Part shown: piece by piece, positions 37,401-49,460 of the stretch
Position numbering within the stretch: the first letter of the stretch is position 1
Layout of the letters: each line of letters begins with the position of its first letter
Assembly (NCBI GenBank): GCA_036785375.1
Contig: JAWMAR010000023.1
Location: forward strand, 6,696,001-6,760,000
Source: Leucoraja ocellata
Lineage: Eukaryota
Direction: 5' to 3'
Length of the DNA: 64,000 nt
Notes under the pieces: model-generated
What the model was told of the DNA's origin: nothing
Databases searched by the model: none
The model's input: the letters and a program-made list of their open reading frames with translations, nothing else
Translations under genes and position numbers: made by a program

Positions 37401-39312
37401 GTTCCACCATTTGTCGCTGTCTCTTTAGCTGCCAAGACCTTAAACTTATTCATTCCCTTTGTTACCACCTCAGGCTCTCCACGGTTTTCCTTTCTCTAAT
37501 TTGTTCCTTTAAAACTCTAATTCTTTGATCTTGCTTTTGGCCAAGTGCCAGAATATTTCCCTGACAACTAATTTGCAAACTATGTTTGATGATATTCCTA
37601 TGAACTGTAATGGACTTTTACTATGGTGGACTATGTCATTGAAATTTGTTTAAGTTGTACATGGCATTTTGCTGCAAATCGAAATATTCACAGCTTCATA
37701 TTTTGCCTAGGAACCTTGTTGTTGGAGTTAATTGAGCAATACATTTGTATTTACATTGAAAGTTATGAGGTAATTTCCTTTCCACAGGCTTTCCGATCCA
37801 CGAGCTTGCTAAATAATGTTGGCTGTTTTAATACACTGTGTATTTTGGAATGGTGCTAGCTCTCCCACAATGTCAGGTGCTGTTCCCAATCTCACCTTGT
37901 CCATCTGTCTCATGCGATGCCTCCGCCTCCTACGTTTGTGCCTCCTCATGAGTCGAGACGAAGTGCTCTGCTCCATCGAGCTGCTTAACCTAAGGAAGCA
38001 AACAGAATGCAAATAGAAATCCCTAATTCATCAATCGCATTACATCCAGTTCATGTTATCGAAGCACGTTCTAGCAGAATTATCTGTACTTACCAGCATT
38101 CACACAGTTCCTCCAGAGATACACACGTGTGCAATAATAATCACTAACATGAAAGCGACATATGCAGCCTTCATTGAGTGAAAGTCAAAGCCGAATATAA
38201 ACATAAAGAAACAGAGTCAACAGGATGTAATTTGGCTCTTCATGCTATTAAACAATTATTACTCTGCTATTAAACAAGATCATGGTGCACTCATCTTGGA
38301 GTTAACAGTACTTTGCTGCACTTTTCCCAGATCTCTTGACTGCTGAATATCTGTCAATCTCTGCCTTGCACATATCCAATTACTCTGCCCCCACAGCTCC
38401 CCAAGTGGAGAATTACAAAGCGCCACAGCTCTCTGAGGGCAGAAATTACTCCAGAGATACACTCATATTTTAAATAAGAAATAAAATAAGATCATGGCTG
38501 ACCTTCTAGGGGAAGATTGCAGGAATTTCAATGAACAACTACCAGGGTGAGCGGCATAAAAAAAAAATTGAGGTGTTTTCAGTTGGAACGTATAAAGTTG
38601 AGAAAAGAATGACAGAGATGTTCAAAACATGGAAATTTTTAAATATACGGTAGATCACGAAAAATGGTCTTCGGTGTTCATGGAGCCATTAATCAGAGAA
38701 GATAATCCTGAATGAATGCACAAGAATTAAGAAGAATGTATTAATGTAAGGGTTCAGGGCATTACATACTTGCCCATTTAGCAGTGGATTATGCAAAATC
38801 CTGAGTAACTTTTAAAAAGGAGTATAAGTATATATTTTTGAAAAGACTAGATTTGAAAAGGTATGGTGAATGGATATCTGATTCACAAGGTCAGCAAAAG
38901 AATAAGGGATCAAATAAGAAGAGAATGGTAAAGTGGGATGAAGTAAGATTTTCAAAAAGTCAACAAATATTTTCATTCCAATACAGTAGCTGTACCAATA
39001 CCCTACCCATCCAATACAACAGTCATCCTATTAATGATTCAACAAATTACTGATTGGATTACTTTCCAGATAGATCAGCTCAGATATTATCTTTCCGATA
39101 CAAAGGCCATATTGTTCCTTGTTCAATCCCTTGTATCAGCCACCCTATTACATATACAGCAGTTGCCCTTTCCTCTCACCTGCTAGTATTGTCATCATCA
39201 GAGTCAATAAAGCTGCTCGAGTCCAATTCACTGCTCATCACAGTGGAGGCACTATCGTAACCACCTGGATTGCGATGCCGATCTGGTTTTGGGTGTCCAT
39301 TTACTCGTGCAA
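25051..39312 (-). CDS. DVL1: Dishevelled-1, 3' part (11 coding exons; DIX-encoding 5' exons not found in the window)
   Basis: Exons 39312-39180, 37989-37896, 36880-36811, 36026-35887, 33362-33286, 32699-32632, 31991-31842, 30842-30711, 29114-28947, 26262-26056 and 25409-25051 join in one frame (1598 nt = 2 nt + 532 codons including stop). The C-terminus [19 protein letters not shown] is DVL1-type. Confidence 0.96.
26056..26262 (-). CDS. DVL1: DVL1 penultimate exon
   Basis: [25 protein letters not shown]...GSAGSQQSE; donor G|gtaggg. Confidence 0.93.
26350..26503 (-). mobile_element. GC-rich insertion, possibly the end of a hAT-type MITE
   Basis: CpG-rich island in an AT-rich intron beginning CATGGGCGTCCGAAGGGGG on the - strand. 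Confidence 0.3.
28947..29114 (-). CDS. DVL1: DVL1 exon (DEP domain, second half)
   Basis: [53 protein letters not shown]. Confidence 0.96.
29545..29640 (-). mobile_element. Penelope-derived repeat with intact hammerhead-like core
   Basis: - strand AGTCTGAAGAAGGGTCTTGACCCGAAACGTCACC. Confidence 0.7.
30255..30530. repeat. Inverted pair of Penelope-derived terminal repeats inside a decayed CR1
   Basis: Reverse-complementary arms at about 30295-30385 and 30438-30527. Confidence 0.72.
30711..30842 (-). CDS. DVL1: DVL1 exon (DEP domain, first half)
   Basis: [43 protein letters not shown]; donor G|gtgagt. Confidence 0.94.
31842..31991 (-). CDS. DVL1: DVL1 exon (PDZ-DEP linker)
   Basis: [20 protein letters not shown]...[15 protein letters not shown]; donor A|gtaagt. 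Confidence 0.94.
32632..32699 (-). CDS. DVL1: DVL1 exon (end of PDZ)
   Basis: [22 protein letters not shown]; donor A|gtaagt. Confidence 0.94.
32918..33110. repeat. Inverted pair of Penelope-derived terminal repeats
   Basis: ...GTAACTCAAC...GGCAGCATCTCTGGAGG... and ...CCTCCAGAGATGCTGCC...GAGTTACTCCAG. Confidence 0.65.
33286..33362 (-). CDS. DVL1: DVL1 exon (PDZ)
   Basis: [25 protein letters not shown]; donor GG|gtaagt. Confidence 0.95.
35258..35470 (-). mobile_element. CR1-type LINE 3' tail fragment
   Basis: - strand [27 protein letters not shown] plus a 3' UTR ending CTATTGTCTATTG. Confidence 0.72.
35887..36026 (-). CDS. DVL1: DVL1 exon (PDZ)
   Basis: [46 protein letters not shown]. Confidence 0.96.
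36811..36880 (-). CDS. DVL1: DVL1 exon
   Basis: [23 protein letters not shown]; donor G|gtgagt. Confidence 0.95.
37896..37989 (-). CDS. DVL1: DVL1 exon (basic region)
   Basis: [31 protein letters not shown]; donor AAG|gtgaga. Confidence 0.95.
39180..39312 (-). CDS. DVL1: DVL1 exon (5'-most canonical exon seen)
   Basis: [43 protein letters not shown]; acceptor cccacag|TT (phase 1); donor AG|gtgaga. Confidence 0.94.
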
Positions 39313-39619
39313 CTGTGGGAGAAATATGGCATTATTAGATAATGTTCAATTATTGCAAATGTGCATTATTCTTAAACCAAAATATTGTAAATGCTTAAAA
39401 TTCTTCAAAAGAAATGAAGTGCTGAAAATTAGTATCTCAGGCAGTATCTGTGGAGAGGGAAACTGGATTAATATTCCAGGTTGATGGTCTTTTATTGGAA
39501 CTGGGATAAGTTAGGAATAAAACAGGTTTTAAGATTAAAATCAAAAGGGGGAAGAACAGAAAGAACACAAGGAAAGGTCTGTGAAGACAGGAAGAATCAC
39601 CCATTTCTCCCCTTCTCCC

Positions 39620-40050
39620 TCGCCTTCCACCGGTTTACAATTTGCAACACTTCTGTCCTTATCTCACATCTTTTGTCTTTTCATCTCTGTCCAACCATCT
39701 GCCTATCAAACCATCCCCCCTCCCTCACCTGTATCCACCTATTACTCACCAGGTAGACACAAAATGCTGGAGTAACTCAGCGGGTCAGGCAGCATCTCTG
39801 GAGAGAAGGAATGGTTGACGTTTCGAGTCAAGACCCTTCTTCCTGCACATATTATTCACCAGGCATTGTCCTGCCCCTCCTCTCTTCCAGCTTTCTTCCC
39901 CCCACCCCGCCCTCAATCAGTCTGAAGAAGGGTCTCACCACAAAATATCACCTACCCATGTTCTCCAGCGATGCTGCCTGGCCTGCTGAGTTACTCCAGC
40001 ACTTTGTGTCATTTCTTTGTAAACCAGCATCAGCAGTGCCTCGTATCTCC
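39620..40050. repeat. Penelope-derived repeat with an internal inverted terminal repeat
   Basis: Similar to 27100-27360; contains opposed CTGAAGAAGGGTCT-type units. Confidence 0.65.
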
Positions 40051-41654
40051 TTAAGTATTGGTAGCCTGCCTGAAAATGGATGAGATAGGCTAGTGAATAA
40101 CAAAAGATGTATCTAGGCACGGTCTAACTCAGAGGAAATTGGAATAAACTGAATGCTCGAATTGTGAGCTCCAATAGGTGATTATTTGAAAGTGTTGAAC
40201 TCATTGAGTACTGAAGGAGATATTAATGTGCTTATTTTAAAATTATCAGTGAAAGGTGAATAGTCACAGGTTTTATCAACATTTAATGTACAACTATTCT
40301 TGAATCCGATCAATTTGGAGTGAATTATGTGATCAGCTAAGATGTCAGTCACTGCTACAATTAGAATGAATGATGGAAAAATTCATATTGGGCGACAAAG
40401 TAAAAATGCATGATGTTGAAATATGCCTTGGCAAATTAATCATTAGAGACAACAGGAGAAAGAAATCTTCATTCTTCTCACAATCTACTGCCAGCCACCT
40501 CGCCATGGACACCTCCCGTCTCATGATTGGTGTCTGGTAGAGAGAGGATGAATTTGCAGCCAGAGAAGCAGGGTCCATGCTGCTGCCAACGTTTGAAAAC
40601 AAGGTAAACCCTGTTATAAAATAGCTTGGGGTCAGGAACAAATGTTAACAGGCACAGATATTTGTCTCTAGGTGCAATCTCATAATTCATGACGTGCCTG
40701 CAAATTCAAGGAGTTATTTATTTTGATACGCGTGCAGTCTAAAATTATGTAGCATTGATCAAGCCCAGGCCAACCTGAAGAAAGGTCCCAACCTGAGATG
40801 TCATTCGTCCATTCCCTCCACAGATGCTGCCTGACCTGCTGAAATCCTCCAGCATTTTGAGTTTTGTTCAAGATTCCAGCATCTACAGTTCCTTGTGTCC
40901 CCAGGTAAACCTTCTCTGTCCAGCTTCGAGGAGCATCTTACTGGATTTGACATGGGTGATTTGAGTGTTAATACTGAAGCAGCTTGTCATGCTCCTGCTC
41001 AGGTGTTGCTTCCAAATATGCAGAATAAACTCTGTTTCACGGTCTCCTAGGCTGCATGTATGACTGAGCAGGGTGACAGCTGTACTTTGAAACAATCACT
41101 GCAAAATAATCCTCCTACTCATGTGTAATTCAGGAGCTAACCGCTTCAGCGTTAACACTCAATCCACCCCGGTTTAGTTTTCTTATTGTACTGTTTATTG
41201 GCCAGAAGTTTGGCTTCTGGCGCATAGCTGCTCAAATCCCCAGCAGCATAACAAATGGCAATTAGCAAAAGCATGCCTGTCATCGGCTATGGGGCCTTCT
41301 ACAGGTCAGAGCTCATTGATTAACGCATGTCAAATGAATTACGTCTCTAGTTGTTATTCGAACATCTGTTTTCTTACTTATTACAAAGACAGAACTCCAC
41401 AAGAAGCCCAAGCTCACTGCAACAATTCAGGGCACAATTCAATCTGTGCTTGTTCTATAGGTGCATGAGTAGGTATTTGGGGGAATAATAAATATTTTCA
41501 TTTTCACAATTACACACTTGTGTGTAAATTCTTTAACTAGATGCCAGCCTGTAACTGAATCCCAGTATGTATCATTCCATACAAATCACCCAGCACCAAA
41601 AAATCTTACCTCTGAGTATGCTTGTTTCTGTACATAAACCTCCTAAAATGCTAA

Positions 41655-41795
41655 NNNNNNNNNNNNNNNNNNNNNNNNNNNNNNNNNNNNNNNNNNNNNN
41701 NNNNNNNNNNNNNNNNNNNNNNNNNNNNNNNNNNNNNNNNNNNNNNNNNNNNNNNNNNNNNNNNNNNNNNNNNNNNNNNNNNNNNNNNNNNNNNN
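41655..41795. other. Assembly gap (N run)
   Basis: Run of N. Confidence 1.
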
Positions 41796-42990
41796 ATATA
41801 TATTTATATAAAATCTCCAAATGTTTAAATTAAAATACATCCTGTCAGTTGTATCTGAAATTTCCTCTTGTGACATTCTACTATATACTTGCTGTGACAA
41901 AAGCTCTTGTCTGTTATGTTTTAGGCTGTGCCATGCACATTATATTCTTTTTGAATTTAAAAAAATGAATTCACAAGATGTGGGCATCACTAGCATCAAT
42001 TGCCTTTACTCTATTGCACAGCAGAGGGCTGACACTTAGTGGAGAGAGGGTCAATGGGAGAAGCATCAAGAGGTGGGGGAAAATTGCACAAAGGTAGTGT
42101 GAAATGATAAACAGTGGATGAGTAACAAATTATTTAAATTCTTCCTCCCTTTTCACCATGGTAGTTAATGACCGGGTTTGCCACTCAAACCATTGTCACG
42201 TGATCCACTGCAGCACCAAAGAGCTCTCACTGAATGGTGAGTTAATCTTGACATGGGTCTCAAATCTGCTTGATGCTCGTGTCATACAGTCATCCAGCAC
42301 AGAAACAGGCCCTTCAGCCCAAGTCGTCCATGCCAATCGAGATGCCCCATCTAAGCTAGTCCCATATGCCCATGTTTGGCCCATATCCCTCTTGACCTTT
42401 CCTGTCCATGTTTTGCATCTTGAACAGCAATGAAAAAAGACAGCCACTATTTTGGGAAAAAATTGTTGCTGCAAGATTGTCTAGCATGCAATAGAACAGA
42501 AAGGCTTTTAATGGCAGGAACACCTTGGCCCACAGCCACCTCCTCAAATCAACCTGATGAACCTTTGAAAGCATTGGTAGCTCAATGCCCACGTCTCTAC
42601 TTTCCATAAACGTCACTTAGCTGACAAATGAAAGGTCGTTTGTTTCTGTTTGGCAATTATCCTTCCCTCCTAGTGAATTCTATTGCAGCTAACCGTGGTA
42701 AGGGTGGTTGCTGAGCAACAGCAACGAATCACTGTGATCCAATTTGTCTGCACAACGGGGCTTAATGTCAGAAGAGGCATGGCACACCTACTTGGAACAT
42801 CAGCACCAGTTATCACAGCTGGTTCCACACGGCTAACATACTGTATATCACAGCAAGCAATATCTGCACCCCTTTACATCCCGTCCTAAGTACTTGCAGA
42901 CGATAAAGAACCCTTTTTGATGTACCCACCCACCAGAGTACACGCTTCCTTGGAGGTAGGATACAGTAATGGGGATAGAAAAGATGAATA

Positions 42991-43876
42991 TTGAGGCTGC
43001 AAGGTGACTTGGATAGGCTGGGTGAGTGGGCAAATGTATGGCAGATGCAGTATAATGTGGATAAATGTGAGGTTATCCACTTTGGTGGCAAAAACAGGAA
43101 AGTAGATTATTATCTGAATGGTGGCCGATTAGGAAAGGGGGAGATGCAACGAGACCTGGGTGTCATGGTACACCAGTCATTAAAAGTAGGCATGCAGGTG
43201 CAGCAGGCAGTGAAGAAGGCGAATGGTATGTTAGCATTCATAGCAAAAGGATTTGAGTATAGGAGCAGGGAGGTTCTACTGCAGTTGTACAGGGTCTTGG
43301 TGAGACCACACCTGGAGTATTGTGTACAGTTTTGGTCTCCTAATCTGAGGAAAGACATTCTTGCCATAGAGGGAGTACAGAGAAGGTTCACCAGACTGAT
43401 TCCTGGGATGTCAGGACTTTCATATGAAGAAAGACTGGATAGACTCGGTTTGTACTCGCTAGAATTTAGAAGATTGAGGGGGGATCTTATAGAAACTTAC
43501 AAAATTCTTAAGGGGTTGGACAGGCTAGATGCAGGAAGATTGTTCCCGATGTTGGGGAAGTACAGAACAAGGGGTCACAGTTTAAGGATAAGGGGGAAAT
43601 CTTTTAGGACCGAGATGAGGAAAACTTTTTTCACACAGAGTGGTGAATCTCTGGAATTCTCTCCCGCAGAAGGTAGTTGAGGCCAGTTCATTGGCTATAT
43701 TTAAGAGGGAGTTAGATGTGGCCCTTGTGGCTAAAGGGATCAGGGGGTATGGAGAGAAGGCAGGTACAGAATACTGAGTTGGATGATCAGCCATGATCAT
43801 ATTGAATGGCGGTGCAGGCTCGAAGGGCCGAATGGCCTACTCCTGCACCAATTTTCTATGTTTCTATGTTTCTATA
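42991..43876 (+). mobile_element. Young 5'-truncated CR1-type (HER1-like) LINE: RT C-terminal region, 3' UTR and (TTTCTATG)n tail
   Basis: RLQGDLDRLGEWANVWQMQYNVDKCEVIHFG...LVRPHLEYCVQFWSP...RRLRGDLIETYKIL; tandem 8-mer tail. Confidence 0.92.
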
Positions 43877-45199
43877 ATCAGCCTCGTTTAACACCAATGC
43901 CATCATGAAGCAAACGTAAGCTGGAGATGAATTTCCATTGACTGTTGCCTCCTTGGTTGATGGGAACCAAATGTACCCCTACATTTCTCCTGGAGTATTA
44001 CATATTGAAAATCAGATCTGCTGAGCCTCCAGATGAACATAGATCACATTGAAAGCACAAAAATCTTTAATCAAGGATTAAGGAGAATGCAAACCATGCC
44101 TTCCCTTGTGGCAGAATGCGGGGAGACCCTTCTATTTTTACCACAATCGGATTAAATATTAATTTAACAGTTTGCCTCCTCTCAAAGTTGATTGTGATTA
44201 CATCTTTGAAGGCTTCTTGTATTTGCTTCTTCTCAGACGTGGATATTGCGATGGAAGCTCTATACCCCTAGTTGTAGAACTTCAGTGGGGATACCCGTCT
44301 CGTCCCAAGACCTAGTTATTTTTAGTTGGGAATGACAGTAAGTCAATGGACCAAATGGGTTATTGTGAGTTAAAGTCAAGTGTGCTCCTGTCACTGACAG
44401 TTGTAGTTCATGAAATATTTAATATGTTTGTCCAGTGGAGGCCTCTCTGTCTTTGTTAAGTTCACCTGTTGTTTTTGGCTCTCGGCAAGATGGGATCTTG
44501 AGAGCTTGGGCTGTAAATACCCTTGCCAGTGATCAAGATCTTGGTCTATATAACGGCAGCGGCAGATGGAATAAAGGAAATGGTTTCAATGAATGGGCTG
44601 GAGGCTCATATCCTGCCCCTCGGAGGTGCTTCAGGTGTTCCAAGGTTGGTTGTGCGAGGCGTCCCAGGGTATAGAGGCTGACGGTAGCCATGTGAGGCAA
44701 GGGATGGTACGTTCGAGGGTTGATGTGTACAGATCGATGTGTTGATGGAGTTGGCAGCAGGCAGGCCCTGCTGCAGTCTGGGGCTCGATTTGAACAGACA
44801 GTGCTGCGAGGCTGAGCGCGTGGATCAGACATGGCCTGCAGAGGCCTAGAGTTTTAAAACAGTGATGGAAGACATTGACAGCATAGCCTAGCCACTACCA
44901 GGACAAGGGCCGTTATGTCCAAGATATACATTTATAATAACTTTTTGCTTGAAGGGTATAAGATGGGAAGGGTATAAGATGATAAGAAGGGTATAGGATG
45001 ATAAGGAGGGAAATGGGATGATGCCCATGTACTGCTTCATTGTAATCTACTGTTCATACACTTAAGTATGTTTGTGCCAATGTATAGTAAGATTTTTACT
45101 AAACTGCATGTAGAAAAAGGGATTTCACTGTACTTAAGCACATGTAACAATAAAGTACCATTGACCATTGAGAACCCATGCAGTTCATGGCTGTCAACT

Positions 45200-45850
45200 A
45201 ATTGCTGAGCCACATGGAAGGTTGATCCAGACGTTTAAGGTACAATGTGATCCAACACAGGCTGGCTAATTGGATCCAAAATTTGCTTGATGAGAGGAGA
45301 CAGAGGATTGAAGGCTGTGACCTGTGGCGTACCACAGGGATTGGTGTCGGATATTTACTATTTGAGATGTTTATTAATGTATTGGATGTCTAAAGATTCA
45401 CCACCTTCTGAATGAAGTAATTTCTCATCTCAGTCCTAAATGGCCGACCCTTTATCCTGAGCAATGTCCCCTTAATTTAAGACTCCTCTGCCAGGGAAAA
45501 AATTCTCCCTGAGTATAGCCTGTCATTTCCTTTAAGATTTTTGTAAGTTTCATTTGAATCTCCTCTTTTTCTTCCAAACTCTAGAGAATATAATCCAAAT
45601 CTACTCAACTCTTCACACATGGCAAGCTTGTGCATGCGCAGTGACCCTTCACTGCACATACCATGGAAAGGACAAGTCTTTTTACGCATGGAAACTCAAA
45701 TTGTATTCAATTCTTCAGATGCAGTCTCACCAATGAGTTACACATTATAATGAGACATCTTTATTTATTAATCAAACCCTCGAGTAATAAAGGCTAACAT
45801 ACCACTTGCCTTCCTAATTGATTGCTTCATATCTGTGCATGCTTCTTTTG
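45200..45850. mobile_element. Decayed CR1 fragments in opposite orientations
   Basis: - strand EELSRFGLYSLEFGRKRGDSNETYKNLKG; + strand ...AATTGGATCCAAAATTTGCTTG...GGAGACAGAGG. Confidence 0.55.
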
Positions 45851-47109
45851 GGAGTCGGGCATACATTTTATCTAGGCTTTATAATTTATCTACTTTAAAA
45901 ATATTTTATACTTCTTAATAGAATCATTTATTTGTTGAGTCATTGCGTTCATGGGTCTGTAATGCTACAGCAAATAAGAATGTAATTATTCCATGCCAGT
46001 TCATTTGGCAATTAAACACTTTTGACTGCTCCATTTACCATTTTCCTCCTAATGTCAATGTTGCATCATTCCTCTCTTCTCTGAGACATGACAAAACTCA
46101 TTTAGAAATTAGACAGGAGGAGATGTCATGACATTTCTTGGTTTCTTGGTCCTCCAAAATATTCCAAACATTTATGAACAAGACCATGAAGGGATTTGAA
46201 AACAAGGATGAAAATATTAAAAATGAGGCAATGTTCAGCTGTGATGCAGTGCAGATCAGGGTATAGAAGGGTAACAGTTGAATGGTATTTGGTGTGAATT
46301 AAGGACATGTACAGCAGAGGTTTGGATAAACCTGTTCAAGGAAAGTTGTCAGGTTTGGAGGCAACAAAGGTATGGAGTGAAGGTTTCAGCAACAGGTGAG
46401 CTGTGATAGGGCTCACCCATTCTTTCTCGCCAGAGATGCTGCCTGTCCCGCTGAGTTACTCCAGCAGTTTGTGTCTATCTTCGGTTTAAACCAGCAGTTC
46501 CTTCATACAGGGGCAGAAGTTGGACATCTAAGTGACAACATGGAATTGTGGTCTGACGTTTACTGCAGCAAAATATACGACTTCAAGGCTGCAAAGGGTT
46601 TGCTTTAGATATCAGTGAGACAAATCACAAATAAGACAGATAGTTGTAAAGAGCAATATAAAAAGATTACCTTCCTAACACAAAACAAGTCGTCTTGGAA
46701 ACCAATTTCTCAATATCTGCCCTCAGCAGTTTCTAAACTGCAGATGAAATTGAACTGTAAATGAATCACTCACTTTAGCCAAGCCTCGAGGGTCTTGCAC
46801 TTCTTCTCTCATGTGCACAACATTGCTTCCACCTGGTTTAAACTGATCATTCAGCATCTGCTACGCTCATACCACTTCTCATTTATGAACAAAAGAACAG
46901 CACCATGTACTAATGGTAGATGTTCATGGTTAACTGGCTTCCTGATGTCTCAATCATTTCGTAACGCTCTCGCCAGCTGAAACAGACCAAGCACAAGATC
47001 CAAGTTCTATTCCCAGGTTGAGCAGAATTTGCTGATCCTGGAAATTCAAACTAGATTGGCAGGGTGGTGGAATCTTGTGCAGGACAGAGGCTAGAAGTTG
47101 GCATGGAGG

Positions 47110-48235
47110 GTGGTGTGGGAAAGGTTAGTGGGCAGAATAGACAGGTGAAAGGCATGTATTTTAATGCAAGGGGCCTGACGGGTAAGGCAGATGAGCTTAG
47201 GGCATGGATATGTAGGAGCATTTGGGACATTGTTGCCATGACTGAAACCTGGTTAAGAGACTGACAGCTCAATGTTCCCGGGTACAGGAGCTTCAGGAGA
47301 GACAGGGGTGAGGGAAAAAGAGAAGGGGGAGTTGCATTGTTGGTTAAGGAGGATGTCACAGCTGAGTTCAGAGGTATCATTAAGGACGGTTCATCTAGTG
47401 AGGCTATATGGGTGTAGCTGAGGAACAAGAAAGGAATGATCACCTTGTTGGGGGTGTACTGGAGACCCCCGAATAGTCAATAGGAATTAGAAGAACAAAT
47501 GTGCCAGGGGATTGCAGGTCAAATAAGGTTGCTGTAGTAGAGGATTTTAACTTTCCCAATATAGACTGGGAAAATCATAGCGTGAAGGGTTTAGATGGGG
47601 TGCAATTCCTGAAAAGTGTTCAAGTGAGGTTTTCTTAAACAGTATGTGGAGGCCCCCCACATGTGAGAGTGCAACGCTGGATCAAGTGGTGGGAAATTGG
47701 TAGGGGCAAGTTAATGAAGTGTGTGTGGAGGAGCCTTTTGGGACCAGTGACTACAGTTCGATTAGGTTTAAGATAGTTATGGATAGGGACGGAGATGATC
47801 CACGTGTTAAAATGCTCAACTGAGGTAAGGCCAACTTTGAGGGTATGAGAGAAGGTCTCGCTCAAGTTGGGCCGAAGAGCCTGTTTCCATGCTGTTTGGC
47901 ACTATGTCATAAGACATAGGAGCAGAATTCGACCATTTGGCCTGTCGAATCTACCCCGTCATTCAATCATAGCTGATCTATCTTTCTCCCTTAACCCCAG
48001 TCTCCTGCCTTCTCTCCATAACCTTTGACACTTTTACTAATCAAGAAATCTTCACTTTAACAATACCCAAAGACGGCCTCCACAGCTGTCTGTGGCAATG
48101 ATTCACACTAATTCACTACCTTTTGTTAAATAAATTCCTCATCTCCACTCTAAAGGAATGTCCTTTTATTCTGAAACTGTGCTCTCTGATCCTAGACTCT
48201 GCAACTAGTGGAGGCATCCTCCCCACATTCACTAG
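47110..48235. mobile_element. CR1 endonuclease fragment (+, to about 47905) joined to a CR1 3' end (-, about 47910-48235)
   Basis: MYFNARGLTGKADELRAWI...WDIVAMTETWL, DFNFPNIDW; then a reversed CR1 3' UTR. Confidence 0.78.
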
Positions 48236-49179
48236 AGAATCATGATGTTAAAGCCAAAATCCCTAATCCAGCTTCTCACTAATTGGTTCCTACTCTACCC
48301 AGTCCTTCTCCCATCCTCACCTTTACCGCACCAGATACTTATCCAAGTCTCCTCTGTTTTCTATCTATCTTCCTTCACCTCCCATGTGGCACTGCTTACC
48401 AGCCATCTTTCCCACCTCATTGCACCCCATCACTAAATTGTCTGGCTTCTGCATCCTGGCTTGAGGTTCATGTCCTGTTTCCCTCTTTGATCTAATTCAA
48501 AGGCTCATGTTGCCCTACACTCAATAACCAATCCTTGTGTGTCAGTTTTATTGCAGTGGGGTGTCATCAGTTTATTGAAATATGGGGATCATCACTCTCA
48601 CAAGCTTTTCACCATTGGTTCATAATCAGAAGCAGCAATCTAGTTTGATTTGACTCCCCTCCCTAACTAGGAATTAGTGTTATAGAATGATACAGTGTGG
48701 AAACAGGCCCTTCGGCCCAACATGCCCACACCGACCAACAATGTCCCAGCTACACTCGTCTCACTTGCCTGTGCTTGGTCCATATCCCTCCAAACCTGTC
48801 CTATCCATTTACCTGTCTAATTGTTTCTTAAACAATGGGATAGTCCCAGCCTCAACTACCTCCTCTAGCAGCTTGTTCCATACACCCGCCACCCTCCAAT
48901 TGAAAAGTTGCCCATCAAGTTCCTCTTAAATCTTTCGCCTCTCACCTAAACCCTATGCCCTCTGGTTTTTGATTCACCTTCCTTGAGCAAAAGGATCTAT
49001 GCATTCTCCTGATCAATTTCCCTCATGATTCTATATACATTTGTATATACCTCCTCTATACCTGCTCCGAAAGGAATAAAGTTCTAGTTTGCCCAATCTC
49101 TTTCCATAAATTATGGTTGGACTAATTCAGGAAAGATTGGCCGCACATGGTCAGTTTAGAGATTAATCTAATTATTTTA

Positions 49180-49460
49180 GAGATACAGCGTGGAAACAGG
49201 CTCTTGGGCCACCAAGTCCATGCCGACCAGTGATCACCCATACACTAGTTCTATCCTAACACTAGGAACAATTTTTACAGGCCAATTACCTACAAACCTG
49301 CATGTCTTTGGAACGTGGGAGGAAACGGGAACACTCGGAGAATCCCCACACGGTCATCGGAAGATCATACAAACTCTATACCAATAGCACCCAGTCAGGA
49401 TTGAACCTGGGTCTCTGGCGCTCTAAGGCAGTAAATCTATCACTGTGTCACCGTGCCTTC
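49180..49460 (-). mobile_element. tRNA-derived V-SINE (HE1-like)
   Basis: Reverse complement of the 52960-53250 element. Confidence 0.7.

Noticed and set aside
40570-40610. Alternative frame LPCFQTLAAAW resembling DIX-end LPCFNGRVVSW, and NVGSS/ETG resembling DVL1 exon 4
   Set aside because: The matches fall in different frames, one frame stops, and the core residues are missing; not a canonical exon.
46671-46738. AG...GT-bounded 68-nt segment on the - strand
   Set aside because: Such bounds are common by chance, and it is neither frame-preserving nor homologous to DVL1.
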